A DNA stretch of 62,215 bases, filler included, from Catajapyx aquilonaris (lineage: Eukaryota): assembly GCA_000934665.2 (NCBI GenBank). It is 2 parts of 2 records of this genome, joined end to end, with 100 filler letters (N's around TTAATTAATTAA, not from the genome) between each part and the next. Parts side by side here need not be neighbours in the genome. Positions count along the whole stretch, not along the records: positions 1 to 31,061 come from JYFJ02004589.1; positions 31,162 to 62,215 come from JYFJ02004590.1. One strand, written 5' to 3'. The position numbers and the translations under genes are program-made. The notes under the pieces are model-generated. The model did not search any database. It was not told the origin of the DNA and worked only from the letters and a program-made list of their open reading frames with translations. This document shows positions 25,504 through 36,413 of the stretch, in pieces. Every line of letters starts with the position of its first letter. Position 1 is the stretch's first letter.

Positions 25504-25988
25504 TATATTAGTGCAATGTTTATTTTAAAGCGAATATACAAGTTGACACCTCTTGCACTGTACAGTACGACATGCAAGAACTTAATCATTCTAGATTACA
25601 GATATTCCTCCACTTGAGTGTATGTATAGGCCTATATACTGTACTGTATATAAAAGGTGGAGTTTACTTTGATTCGGATCACTCTGCGATTGGGCAAACT
25701 AAGGCAGTCGTCAGGTGAAGAGCATTTTTTGGGGCGTACTCTCTTTACATTCTGTATTATTGACGTCCCTCTTGGGAATGCAACAGTTATGTGAATGACT
25801 ATTACGGCAAGTTCTATTTAAGTGATGTCGCAGGAAAACCCATTTTATTCTCCAAATAATGATCGTTATTCCTTGCCGGTTTGCCAAATACCTAACAGTA
25901 TGTTTGCATGGTTTTTATTAAGATACTGAATACCAGTAAATAGTGGATGCTGTATAGGGGATGGTTATAGTAACTTCCTGAATATGTA

Positions 25989-26922
25989 CTTGCCCTGATC
26001 TGAAAATATTGGGACACCCCCAAAAAATGGAGTGGTGGGGTTATACACAGGATGTGATAAAAAGTTTCCATTAAGATTATCTGGACTTTAGAATGGATAA
26101 TTATGAATAGTAACAATTGAGCTAGGAGGATACCAAATTTGAAGTTAATTTGACAGTTAACAACTGAAATAAATACGATTATACCTTGGACAGTGAATTT
26201 CTGTGGGGTCTGGTAAAAATTGCTGCCACTATGTTAATTTCTTACTTAGCGGGATGTAAATGTTGATAATGAACCTGAGGGGCCGCACAAACCCAAAAAC
26301 AGTTATGACATTAATTACAAAAAATCTAGCACAAAATTAAAAAATCTTTATCGCAAGTGGATTTTTTCAGAAATTGATACACTTGGCTGTACCACATTTA
26401 ACGGTGTTATTTATTAATAAATTAAAATGTGATAGCATTGTTTATCTAGAACTCAGTCCAATGTGCTATGATAAAAAATTTCATTGCAATTAAAGTAAAA
26501 TGGCTTTAAATATTCCTTAATTCAAAAATGCACGGAAAATGGCATATCTGCAAGCCATGATAAATATTTTTTTATTTTGTGCTAGATTTTTTGTAATTAA
26601 TGTCATAACTGTTTTTGGGTTTGTGCGGCCCCTCAGGTTCATTATCAACATTTACATCCCGCTAAGTAAGAAATAAACATAGTGGCAGCAATTTTTACCA
26701 GACCCCACGGAAATTCACTGTCCAAGGTATAATCGTATTTATTTCAGTTGTTAACTGTCAAATGAACTTCAAATTTGGTATCCTCCTAGCTCAATTGTTA
26801 CTATTCATAATTATCCATTCTAAAGTCCAGATAATCTTAATGGAAACTTTTTATCACATCCTGTGCATAACCCCACCACTCCATTTTTTGGGGGTGTCCC
26901 AATATTTTCAGATCAGGGCAAG
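25989..26922. mobile_element. 934-bp foldback/MITE with ~360-bp TIRs, TA-flanked, Tc1/mariner-like
   Basis: TA|CTTGCCCTGATCTGAAAATATTGGGACAC...GTGTCCCAATATTTTCAGATCAGGGCAAG|TA; arms ~25989-26350 and ~26560-26922 are near-identical; AT-rich ~210-bp spacer without recognisable coding. Confidence 0.88.
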
Positions 26923-27137
26923 TATATAGGACGATTGATTGACCTTTTATAACATACCATAATTTTCCTAATTCTGCAATTTTGACTAAGTTATTGATCG
27001 AAAGCAGATGAAAATTGGACATTTAAGGCGGCAATATTATCGCACTATAATTCTACTAACTAATAATTCTATGCGAATACTGAATTATGCAAAACAATGT
27101 GTATGTTGCAGGAAAGGTGTCTTCCCATACACCATTC

Positions 27138-27201
27138 ATGAACTTTCTTCAAGTGACATATTCAGCAGACGTGCTGAATATGTCACTTGAAGAAAGTTCA
27201 T
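27138..27201. repeat. Perfect 30-bp stem hairpin with 4-nt loop
   Basis: ATGAACTTTCTTCAAGTGACATATTCAGCA-GACG-TGCTGAATATGTCACTTGAAGAAAGTTCAT. Confidence 0.95.
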
Positions 27202-28293
27202 AGGTTCTCGATCAATACTGCATTCTGGTACAGTATTTGCACTTGACCTGAGTGACACACTTCATCTGCAACGGACAATGAGTCGCAAACATTCTCCCTA
27301 GCAGCTTACCAAATCAACAAGATCAATATACCAAGTACACATCATCAGCTAAATGACGGCACGGAAACTTGGTTCCATCAACCTTCCCTATATAGGAGCC
27401 AGCAAGGCACTCAGGAAGAGATGACGGATTCTTCCTCTCTTTTGTAAAGCAACTCAAAACATCCTTGAAAATGTCGTCGTATATTGGCGTCTATCCATTC
27501 GATGACTTGGTTCCGGAAGATCTCTGACTCAAGTCCCTGTCTTCTCCGGACAAGGCGCTCGGATGGCAACTTATCGTTATTAATGGTACGGTCTATTGAT
27601 CATATGGGTCAGAATATTGGTCACTTTTCATTGGTTGCAGTTCAATCAGCTCGTAGCAAAGTCCAGTGATTTTAGAAATTCTGCTAGTGGCTTAATCGGA
27701 GTCGTTGATTCTCACATTGCAGTTCAGTATGTAACGTCAATATTTTAATTTTTTTATTGCACTTTCAGATCAACGACAAACACCTCCGGAGATGCAAGAC
27801 CCTAAATAGGATTAATTAAATACAAACGTTAGTTTGGCTATAGGCTAAGACTCACGGTTAGCAGTATACTGTAGATTATTATAACTCACGTGTTAACATT
27901 CGTGACCTTTCGTAGGTCAGCGGGTATTATATATGCGATTTGTTTCAGCATGATAGAACAGTTCATATTCAGGTTTGATTTTTTTGGAGGATCTGAGAAA
28001 ACTGGGATATTCATTCTGTAGGACCTTATGCTGAAAAGTAACGAGCAGACCCATCTGTTGAATAGGTTTGTAAGTACGAACCATATTCAGGGAGCGTCTC
28101 ATTTCTAACCACTGCACTGTAATCATTCTGTAATCACTAGAAAATAATTGACTGCTAATTTTCCAATATGCCTGCACCGTGACAATAATAATGAACACAA
28201 TCAGCACCTAACTGAACAGAACCCATTTTCATTAGCCCTACGGGCTACGGTACAGTATACATAGCCCTATGTATACTGTATACTATGTATACT

Positions 28294-28761
28294 TATTTAT
28301 GCCCGTGAAACGGAGGTCGTCAGGACGCTGCTCATGTGCTATGGCATTGCACTTTCCAGGAGGTGCTGGCTGCCAGGGGTCCCCTACTTTGTGCGGCCGT
28401 GTCACGAGGTCTGGGTTGGCCGTGCCCTAGGACGGCCTTCGTCACCTGTCTTTTTACGGAGTTCAATACCTTTTGCCTAACGGCAGACAAGGTATTATCA
28501 TTCCTAAATGCTTAGATGGTTGAATTTATAATGGACTGGTGGTCTTAACTATAATGGACAGATGACTGGTGGTCTGAACTATATGATGGACTGATGATTG
28601 GTGGTCTGAGCTTATGACGGACTGATGACTGGTGGTCTGGATGATTTGTGGCAGCCAAGTTGATGTCTTTTATTATTATTATTTTGTATTAAATGTTAAT
28701 GTTATATGAATTGGCTGTTGGGCCTGTATTGGGCATGGTCGGTCAATAAATTCCGAATAAG
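28294..28761 (+). mobile_element. 5'-truncated non-LTR retrotransposon (R1-clade-like): ORF2 C-terminus plus 3' UTR
   Basis: Frame from 28297 reads LCP*NGGRQDAAHVLWHCTFQEVLAARGPLLCAAVSRGLGWPCPRTAFVTCLFTEFNTFCLTADKVLSFLNA*, a CCHC knuckle with the second Cys mutated to TGA followed by a GxxWP motif; 3' UTR has ~4 copies of a ~30-35-bp unit containing GACTGGTGGTCT and AATAAA at 28745; 13-bp flanking repeat TACTATGTATACT at 28281-28293 and 28762-28774. Confidence 0.78.
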
Positions 28762-28920
28762 TACTATGTATACTGTATACTATGTACTACCTCGTATAGT
28801 TGTATACTATGTAAACTGGCCGACTTGTGTTCTGTCAAATGACATGCAAATTTGATAATAATCGTGAAAAAGACACGATGCTAACGGCCATTTTTATTTA
28901 CCATTTGAACTACTATATGC

Positions 28921-29561
28921 CGTGGCGACCCTCCATCTCAGTGATTCTGTTTCAAACCCACCGCGGCCACTCCTCCCTTACTGGTCGGTAGATGGCACCT
29001 ACTCCCGCGACGGCCCTCGACCGACCGTACCCACAAGTGCCCCACGGTAATATTCTGCCGCAAGACCCCCGCCCTCCCAACAGATGGCGACGATGCGATG
29101 GTTTGCTCAAATCTGAATTCGAGCAATTTTAACTCAACAATGGACACGTGTGCGGAGAAGATGCGATGCCAGAGAGGTTCCGAAAAGTTCACCTGATCCT
29201 GCACAATTTCTGTCAATTGCGTCAATCCGCCAGGCCAATTGCTAGGCCCTTTTCCGTCTCCAGGTTTGAGCCTCCAGCTCGTCCAGAACCGGCTAGGGAA
29301 GGGCATGAGATGAGGTACTTTCTTATTCCTAGTGAGCTAGGTCTCCCAGAGCACACTCAAGCATGATGCTTGCATGCCCAAGTGCATTACGCTATGAGTG
29401 CCTGAGTGCGATACCCACACCACCAAGCACCAACCTCCTACCATGCCAGCTACGCACACTCCAGCATGATGCTGGCATAAAGCACACATCCTACCAACCT
29501 AGCTAGCTACCGGAAGGCGGGGCCTGACCCACCTGCCCGCCCCCTACCAAAGGGGGCAACA
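28921..29561. mobile_element. Possible solo LTR (~640 bp)
   Basis: GC-rich block in AT-rich context; ends CGTGGCGACC... and ...GGGGCAACA are an imperfect TG..CA inverted pair; flanks ATGC/ATTC (3 of 4); internal duplicated unit GCACACTCxAGCATGATGCTxGCAT. Confidence 0.4.
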
Positions 29562-30203
29562 ATTCAAATCTAAAAACAAAACCCGGAATTCTGATGAATA
29601 TTATCTTGGGGGGCGTACTTTTGTTGTCCAAGGCAGTTGTATTACATTACAACAAGGTTTGCTATTGTGCCATTTTTTCCGGATATCGCGGTGGATCACG
29701 TGGTACGTGTAATAACTGGTTCACAACCTCAATACATTATTGATAGGAATCGCAATGGCCTTATAATTCATCCTACAGATATATCTGTGATCAGCTGTGA
29801 TCCTTCTTTGCAGCAAGCGTTTGAATCTACCGCGATAACTTGAGCTGTCCAAGTATTTTAGACACAGCCTGGACACAGCCCACGGACGCCTTATTCCGCT
29901 CGTTCTTGGACAGGTGGCGATGTCTGTGCATGGCCATATTTAATGCAGGGTACTGTCCAACTAACGACATAGATAGGAGTCATACTGTATATCGCAGCTA
30001 GCACTCTGAGAAAATCGCTTCAATTTATTTTTATTTTAACATATTGCACGCGGAGACCTAAAGCGGTTTTTTCGGGCGCAGACAGCAATGGGATATATCT
30101 GCTGCAAGCTACCAACAGCAAAATAATCATGGGGAATGAGACAAAGAAATGTTTACAGAAAATCACTTATTCTTGGAATCTATTAAAAACATACATCATT
30201 CAA

Positions 30204-30413
30204 CTAGCAGGATACCGGTTCTTATTCGCACGGGAATTGAACGGTCTGTTACCATGGCACCGTTGATATTGTTGAATGGCATTGTTGCCATGGTATTGTG
30301 TTGACGTTACTATATGGCTATGGAAAGAATGAATCAGCAACAGTCAATCTCAATCAAGCTGTTGATGTTATATAATTATCAAAGAGTTCTGCTATATTAT
30401 ATATACACCTAGA
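30204..30413 (-). mobile_element. Short degenerate Helitron-like element
   Basis: Minus-strand 3' end CCCGTGCG...CCGGTATCCTGCTAG|T; a possible 5' end TCTAGGTGTATATATAATATAG at ~30413 lacks the expected preceding A. Confidence 0.5.
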
Positions 30414-30588
30414 GGAGGTACTCGGCCTGAAATGTGAGGCAGGCAACAATGCAGGCAACAATATGACCTCCAACAAGATGGCGGACGCCTGACATTATTG
30501 AACTAATTGTCGCCCAGTTGTCATTATTGGTTGTTGTCCCAGTTGCTAGACAACTGTTAGAACAACAATATGTAGCAATATGTAGCAA

Positions 30589-30616
30589 CTAGCAGGATAC
30601 CCGGCGTTGCTCGGGT
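30589..30616 (-). mobile_element. Helitron 3' terminus (hairpin + CTAG)
   Basis: Minus strand ACCCGAGCAACGCCGGGTATCCTGCTAG followed by T; near-identical to the terminus at 62120. Confidence 0.7.
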
Positions 30617-31061
30617 TATGAAAGACTTTTCCATAAGAGTGACTCATTGATTTGGTAGTAACCTTTGCAATAATTATGGCTATACAATGTTGGCATACCA
30701 GTGACATGGAGCATATTGCATGTGCATGAAGTCCTAACAACACACTGCGGATGTCAGATTGTAAGAGAGTACACAATACGCCTTAAAAATCCAGCAAAAG
30801 TATGTAATGAAAAATTGAAGGCTGTGGAGTAAAATGTAGAATGTAGAAGCTCCAGCATGGCAGAGCTTACAATCTGACATCCATCCATTGTGTTTTTTGG
30901 ACTTGATGCACACGCAATATTTGGTATGGCCAATTGCGTTCATAATATTGCATCGATGACCAAATCAAATTCCAGAGGAGGAGGACTCTCAAGTGCAAGC
31001 TTGAAGCATTTGACGCAAACGTGTGAGTTGCAGTATGATGTCGAGGCGTGTGCCGTTTAAA

Positions 31062-31161
31062 NNNNNNNNNNNNNNNNNNNNNNNNNNNNNNNNNNNNNNN
31101 NNNNNTTAATTAATTAANNNNNNNNNNNNNNNNNNNNNNNNNNNNNNNNNNNNNNNNNNNN
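31062..31161. other. Artificial scaffold spacer: N44 + TTAATTAATTAA + N44 = 100 nt
   Basis: Symmetric N runs around a 12-mer that places stop codons in all six frames. Smaller ambiguity calls occur at homopolymers (8287-8293, 35393, 37496, 40148). Confidence 0.93.
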
Positions 31162-31390
31162 ATATATATATATATATTTTTTTTTTTAAAAGGACCGTTT
31201 TGTCGCCTTTGATGTCATGCGATTAATACAGGCACATTTTGACATTCCTTGCCCCCTTTGTGAAGCTGCACTTAACGAATCGCCTTTTGCAAGAGTTCAA
31301 AGGGGTGGACTTCTCTTTTTCGCAAGACACAGATGGGACTTCCATCCATTGTGGGTTGGAACATAGGAGGTAAAATATAAGAGGCGGACA

Positions 31391-31735
31391 TATAAAACTC
31401 CCTTGGTTCCACTTTTTTTTTTTTACACTCAGCTTTTTGCAAGTTTCTTGTTATCCGAAGCCCCCCCTCTATTTTTTTCCGTCTCTTCTTCTCTCGATAC
31501 CGACGCAGTGATTGCATTGGCGCATTTCTGTGAGGTGAATCACCTCGTGGAGCTCCCCGGGGTATGCTGGAGAGATATAGCTCTCTATCTTCTCTCTTTG
31601 GTTTGCTCATCGTTTTGAGCCATGCCGAGAGCGACCGTGAATTTGACTAAGGCGGACTCGAGTCGTCTTGCGGTCTTGACGGGGGAGAAAACTTTCAGAG
31701 TTTGAGTCAATGGATTCGTCTGGAGCTTGAGAAAA
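31391..31735 (+). promoter_or_regulatory. Candidate TATA promoter and non-coding first exon of a plus-strand gene
   Basis: TATAAAA at 31391-31397, then a pyrimidine/CpG-rich UTR-like stretch ending at a donor-like AA|GTGAGC (31736). Link to the zinc-finger gene is inferred only. Confidence 0.3.
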
Positions 31736-33327
31736 GTGAGCTGGGATTTATGTGAGGTTCTGTTAAGGGAGCTGCTTTAACCGGTGGGTGTTGTGGGTTG
31801 AGGAACTGTACATGGTGTTGATGAGTTGGAGAAGTTTTGTGTGGAAGAGTTTGAGTAGAACCCATTTTAGGAGGCTGAAACCCTTGCTGAAACCTGAAAG
31901 GTGCGATTTCATTACCTTTTTAGGTGGTGTATTTGCACGATGGTATGCAATAATGAGTCAACCCACAACAGTTTTGAGAAAAAGGTGTTTTGAATGTCAC
32001 GTGTGAAATTAATTCAGTGCCCTTTTCGGTCATTTATGGTAGAAGGATGCAGATTTCTCCACTTGATGAAGTACTATATTCTTTGGGTATGTTCCTGGGC
32101 TTAACTCAATTTTGACATTTTTGTGGGTTGGCATATTATTGCATAACACCGTCCATTTACTACTCGAGTGCGAATTTTATTGTATAAGTAAATATGCGCC
32201 AAAATGGTTTTTTTATATAAAACTGAGTAAAATGCTTATTTTCTGTAAGTTAGGTGTTTAAACCCGGTTTGTGATGGAATGATTCCGCGTGTATTATTCA
32301 CGGGGTTGTAAACAGTAATGCATTCTAGACTTCCATATTGAAAGCTATTCTCGTTACTCCAGCGGCAAAATCACTTAGGCCTATGTACGTAATTATCAGG
32401 CTCTAATAGTCTAATGAGAATGAGACTGAATATATATGTTGCGGAAGTGTAGGACCTATTTGGTATTCAAAGCAGAGGTCTAATTATTATTGTAGAGCGT
32501 AACATTCGACGTAGAGAATTCAATTATACACATGACTTGCAGGCTATTGTTTCGCAAATCAGATTAGTGTTTTTGCCATCTTTTGTGCAAATCACCGGTT
32601 TTGTAATGTACGCGCCTCATCGCTATAAATTAAGCTGCAGTTTCTGTAGAATATGTCGCAACTAAAGACCTTATTATTTTGAAACGCACTTACAGCAAGG
32701 AAAACATAATTTTGAGCAGGTTTTTACTGCAAATATTTTACGCTGCCTAAAACAGTTTCGGCGGAGAGACATGCCCGAAGCACACGGAGCGCTGTGTATA
32801 TATGAATGTTTCTGGTAATTATCCTTTTCCATAATTTGCATCATCACCCACCCCCTGAGCTATTGGAGAACTGTACTGCAGTTGTTTTCCGCATTATACG
32901 TCTTTGCCCGCAGCATTCAATTTGCAGTTCCTTGACTATTTCAAAGTGTGCTATATCTGCCTTCCTCCAGCACGATAGTCGTGTGTATATGGCTCTCGGT
33001 TGGAGTGTCCGGGGGTAGGCAAATGAAAACCAGGCATTTTCCCGAGGCTTCCCAGCAGGTACAGGAACCCATTGTGAATCCATAATTCGACCCCATCTCC
33101 CCCAGCATATTGGCTCGGGAAGCTGAAGAATAAGGCAAGAGAGGTCTGGGTTGAAAAGAAGCGGGCATGTTCGAGGTCTGCCGTACACCGTTGGTATATC
33201 CTCTATTTTTTTATTTTTTTTTTGCGGATGTATATGCTCTTCCACACGTGTCCTTCGAAAATTTCCGTCTTCTCCTGTCATCTCCGTCCCATTTTTCACT
33301 TTTCTTGCTCGACTGTGTCGTATGCAG

Positions 33328-33380
33328 GACATGAAATCTGGAGATCTATTGACCTATTCATGCGGCGAGCTTCCCTTTGC
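33328..33380 (+). CDS. Candidate 53-nt exon (possibly first coding exon MKSGDLLTYSCGELPFA, or UTR exon)
   Basis: Long pyrimidine tract then TATGCAG| acceptor and |GTGAGT donor; no recognisable homology. Confidence 0.3.
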
Positions 33381-36077
33381 GTGAGTTGGAACCAGAATAA
33401 GCTTGGAGATGGTGGGGGAGGGCTAAAGGTGACTGGGAGAGTTTGCTTGATACACTGCGTGGGTGCCATGGGAGTAAGAGGGGGGGAGATGATGGGAGGG
33501 GGATGTTGCTGATTATTCAGTCATAACTCAATACACGAGGCGATCTATCCTGTTGGTCGGCTCTGGAAACATGATTTATTCGGGTTGTTTTATGTTTTAA
33601 TTAAGAACTTTGGAGGGGGATTAGACGCTCGGGAGATCCCAGTGGCGATGTTGATCGTTAGTTGGCGCTACTGTAAGGCGGCCTTTTTTTTTTTGTTCAG
33701 AATTGTGTGCTCAAATTTTTCATAACCGAAGTAGAACTCACAAAAGGCTGAAAACTACCTTTGTTCTTTTTCGCCCGAATTTTCTCCCCTCTTCTTTTCT
33801 ATCAGCTATACGTCTCCCCCCCTTTGGAATATGACAAATAATGTATGATGATTTGCTTACGTTCCATAAATCAGGAAAAAGGGGGGTAGGGATGCTTCTT
33901 GTATCAAAAAGTAGGAGGACTCTCTAGAGGGAAGCGAGTCATCCATAATTGAACCGTTTTTCGAATTTTTGATCAGGAACGGAAATGTTTATATCCTGAG
34001 CTGTTAGGTTCATATACGTGGGGTGGGAAGGCAAGAGATGAGAGTTGGTAGGGGGGAACAATGTGGTGAATCAGCAGACGTGTTCACTAACGATACCTTC
34101 CAACTCTATAATTATAGTCCCCAGGAATTCCCCCCATTTTCCCCAGCGTCTGGGAACAATAATAAGAGAAAAGGCCTTGCAGATCTCAGCGAATCATGTG
34201 TTCGGTCGTTTGACTGCGGTGCCGAGCGAATATCAATTCGACATGGCCTTTTCCTAGAACCTCGTCATTTCCATTCAGGTTTTCCCCCACTTTCCATCCT
34301 TGTCAGCCGCCTTGTATTTTAACAAGAGAGATGAATTATAAATCATGCAAATCTTTGAGCCACTTTCTGCCAAGCGCCGCCAGTTCGGGATAATCCTGAT
34401 AGTGCATTCCGTCTGTTGAAATTTAAGAGCAGATGCTAGCCAACTGGGTGATGAATTTCATGGGGAGGAGAGATGGGGGGAAACCCTCTCCACCCCCCAC
34501 TTCGGAATCTTGATCCGCATAACTCTGTCTTGGAGTCGTGCCATATGGATTCCTTGGGCAGGATCTTCGATAGAGGTGACCCTTCTTAGTGCAGCGTGAA
34601 GGTCGATTTGAAATTGTTCAAAATTACTGTTCTGGGGTAAATAATAAAATACTTGACAGATCTCTACTTCCAAAATTCATTGCCATTTTAGCAAGACTGC
34701 TACTATAGGAAATGGGAAGCCGTTTATAGTCCTCCAATATTCATTAAGAGGCACCTGAGGGGGAGGGGGGTTATTTGAATGTCGTGACCAGCTCGGTGTC
34801 GTTCTCCTGAAAATCCTAATCAACGTTCTTTTCCTGTCACCCACGTCGTCACTATGGCGTGTCGAGATGACGTGCGCGCAATTCAGACTGCCCAGTAATT
34901 ATCCTATTATTGCCGGTAATTACCATCATTTTCTAAAGAGTCGTCAAATATATCCGGGAGCCGCCCACTTCAGAAAAAAATAGGTGGTGAGTGCCCCGCA
35001 TTTGGCAGGACTTACGATCAAGCTTTGCGATAATGGACGAAAATACGTCCAGTTCTAAGTGATATTTTGTGTACTTCAATTGCTGAGCCCTTGTTTTACC
35101 TTACTTTAACTGAGCATATAAATTGCTGAAAAATAAATACCAGGACCATTGAGCATTTTTGCATGCTCCTTTTTCCTAGTACGTGTCGCCAGTTCCAACG
35201 TTATTGCAGGCCTCTCCCAAAGTGCCGGGGCCCGAATGGGCATTTTTATGCAAATGATGGGAAACGTTGGACGGACTGGATTCAGAACATGAAGACCCTG
35301 TCTCGGAGCGAAGGGAAAGCCGGTAATTAAATTTTGCAGGGGCGAAACCCCGACGGGAGACGCAACTTGGATGGTATAGGGGGGGGGGGGGGNAAAAAGG
35401 AATGGCGGAGAGAGGGTGGGACAGAGAAACGTGTCAGGACGTGGCTTGCATAGAGAAAATGTCTTTGGAGATTTGCTTCCCTTTAATCTACTTCCCCCCC
35501 TCCTTCCTTCTTCGCTCCCTCTCACCTTCTTGTAGCAAGTTGTTGATTTTTCTTCCATGTTTGTTTCTCCGTCTCCTGTTCTTCCGCCTCTTCTTTGTGC
35601 GTATCAGTCTTTGTGGAGGGTAACTTTTTTTTTTCCTTCTTCTTGTGAAGCAGGAGAAAGAGGGATGGTTGAAAATTTGGAAAACGAGGTGTATAAATGC
35701 CTGTCAAATGCGTGGGGGGACTTGTGGTTTGACATTTCGCCACAGATGTTCTTGTAAACTAGAGGGGAAACTTTGGGAAGGGGCCTTTAGTTTTTTGGAT
35801 GAATGGAAAGCAAATTGTGGGCAGAACAGTAGGAAAGAGTGGTATATAGTAAACGGTACCGTATTTCAGAAAAAAGTTTATAGTTTTTCAATTCAATTTT
35901 TATGGAAAAACTATCGAACACGTTGCCAAAATTTGGCATGACAGTGACAATGAAGCAACTTTATTGAGATGGCCCGCCGATTTACGACGTAGTACTATTC
36001 TTCGCGTATAGATGCCGCACACTCCCTCTGCACACTCCTGCCACCCTCAGGTTATGCGAGAGAGAGGGAAAAATTCC

Positions 36078-36413
36078 AGCTGTGCATGTCATGTTACTTC
36101 TATATTGAAGAGTGTTTCTCCTAAAAGGCTTATTCTCTCTGCCGGATGTTTGTCCGACCTGATAGAGTACGGCCACTTTCAGAAAGGGACGTGACGTATG
36201 GTGACGTTTCGTAAAGCACCAATGAGAGGCACGATCAGATGGGATACTTGAAGCTCATTGGGCGGGAGGCAGATGATCGTCGCTTTATGAAACGTCATCA
36301 TGTGCCACGTCCCTTTCTGAAAGTGTATCAGGTCGGACAAACATCCGGCAGAGAGAATAAGCCTTTTAGGATAAACACTCTTCAATTTAGAAGTTAACAT
36401 GACATACACAGCT
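36078..36413. repeat. Palindromic element with ~135-bp arms and ~65-bp spacer (MITE-like)
   Basis: 36078-36217 is the reverse complement of 36282-36413 apart from scattered substitutions and a ~9-nt insertion (GAGTACGGC) in the left arm. Confidence 0.85.

Noticed and set aside
28527..28640. ~30-35-bp repeated units resembling a CRISPR array
   Set aside because: Degenerate tandem units without unique spacers, inside a LINE 3' UTR in eukaryotic DNA.
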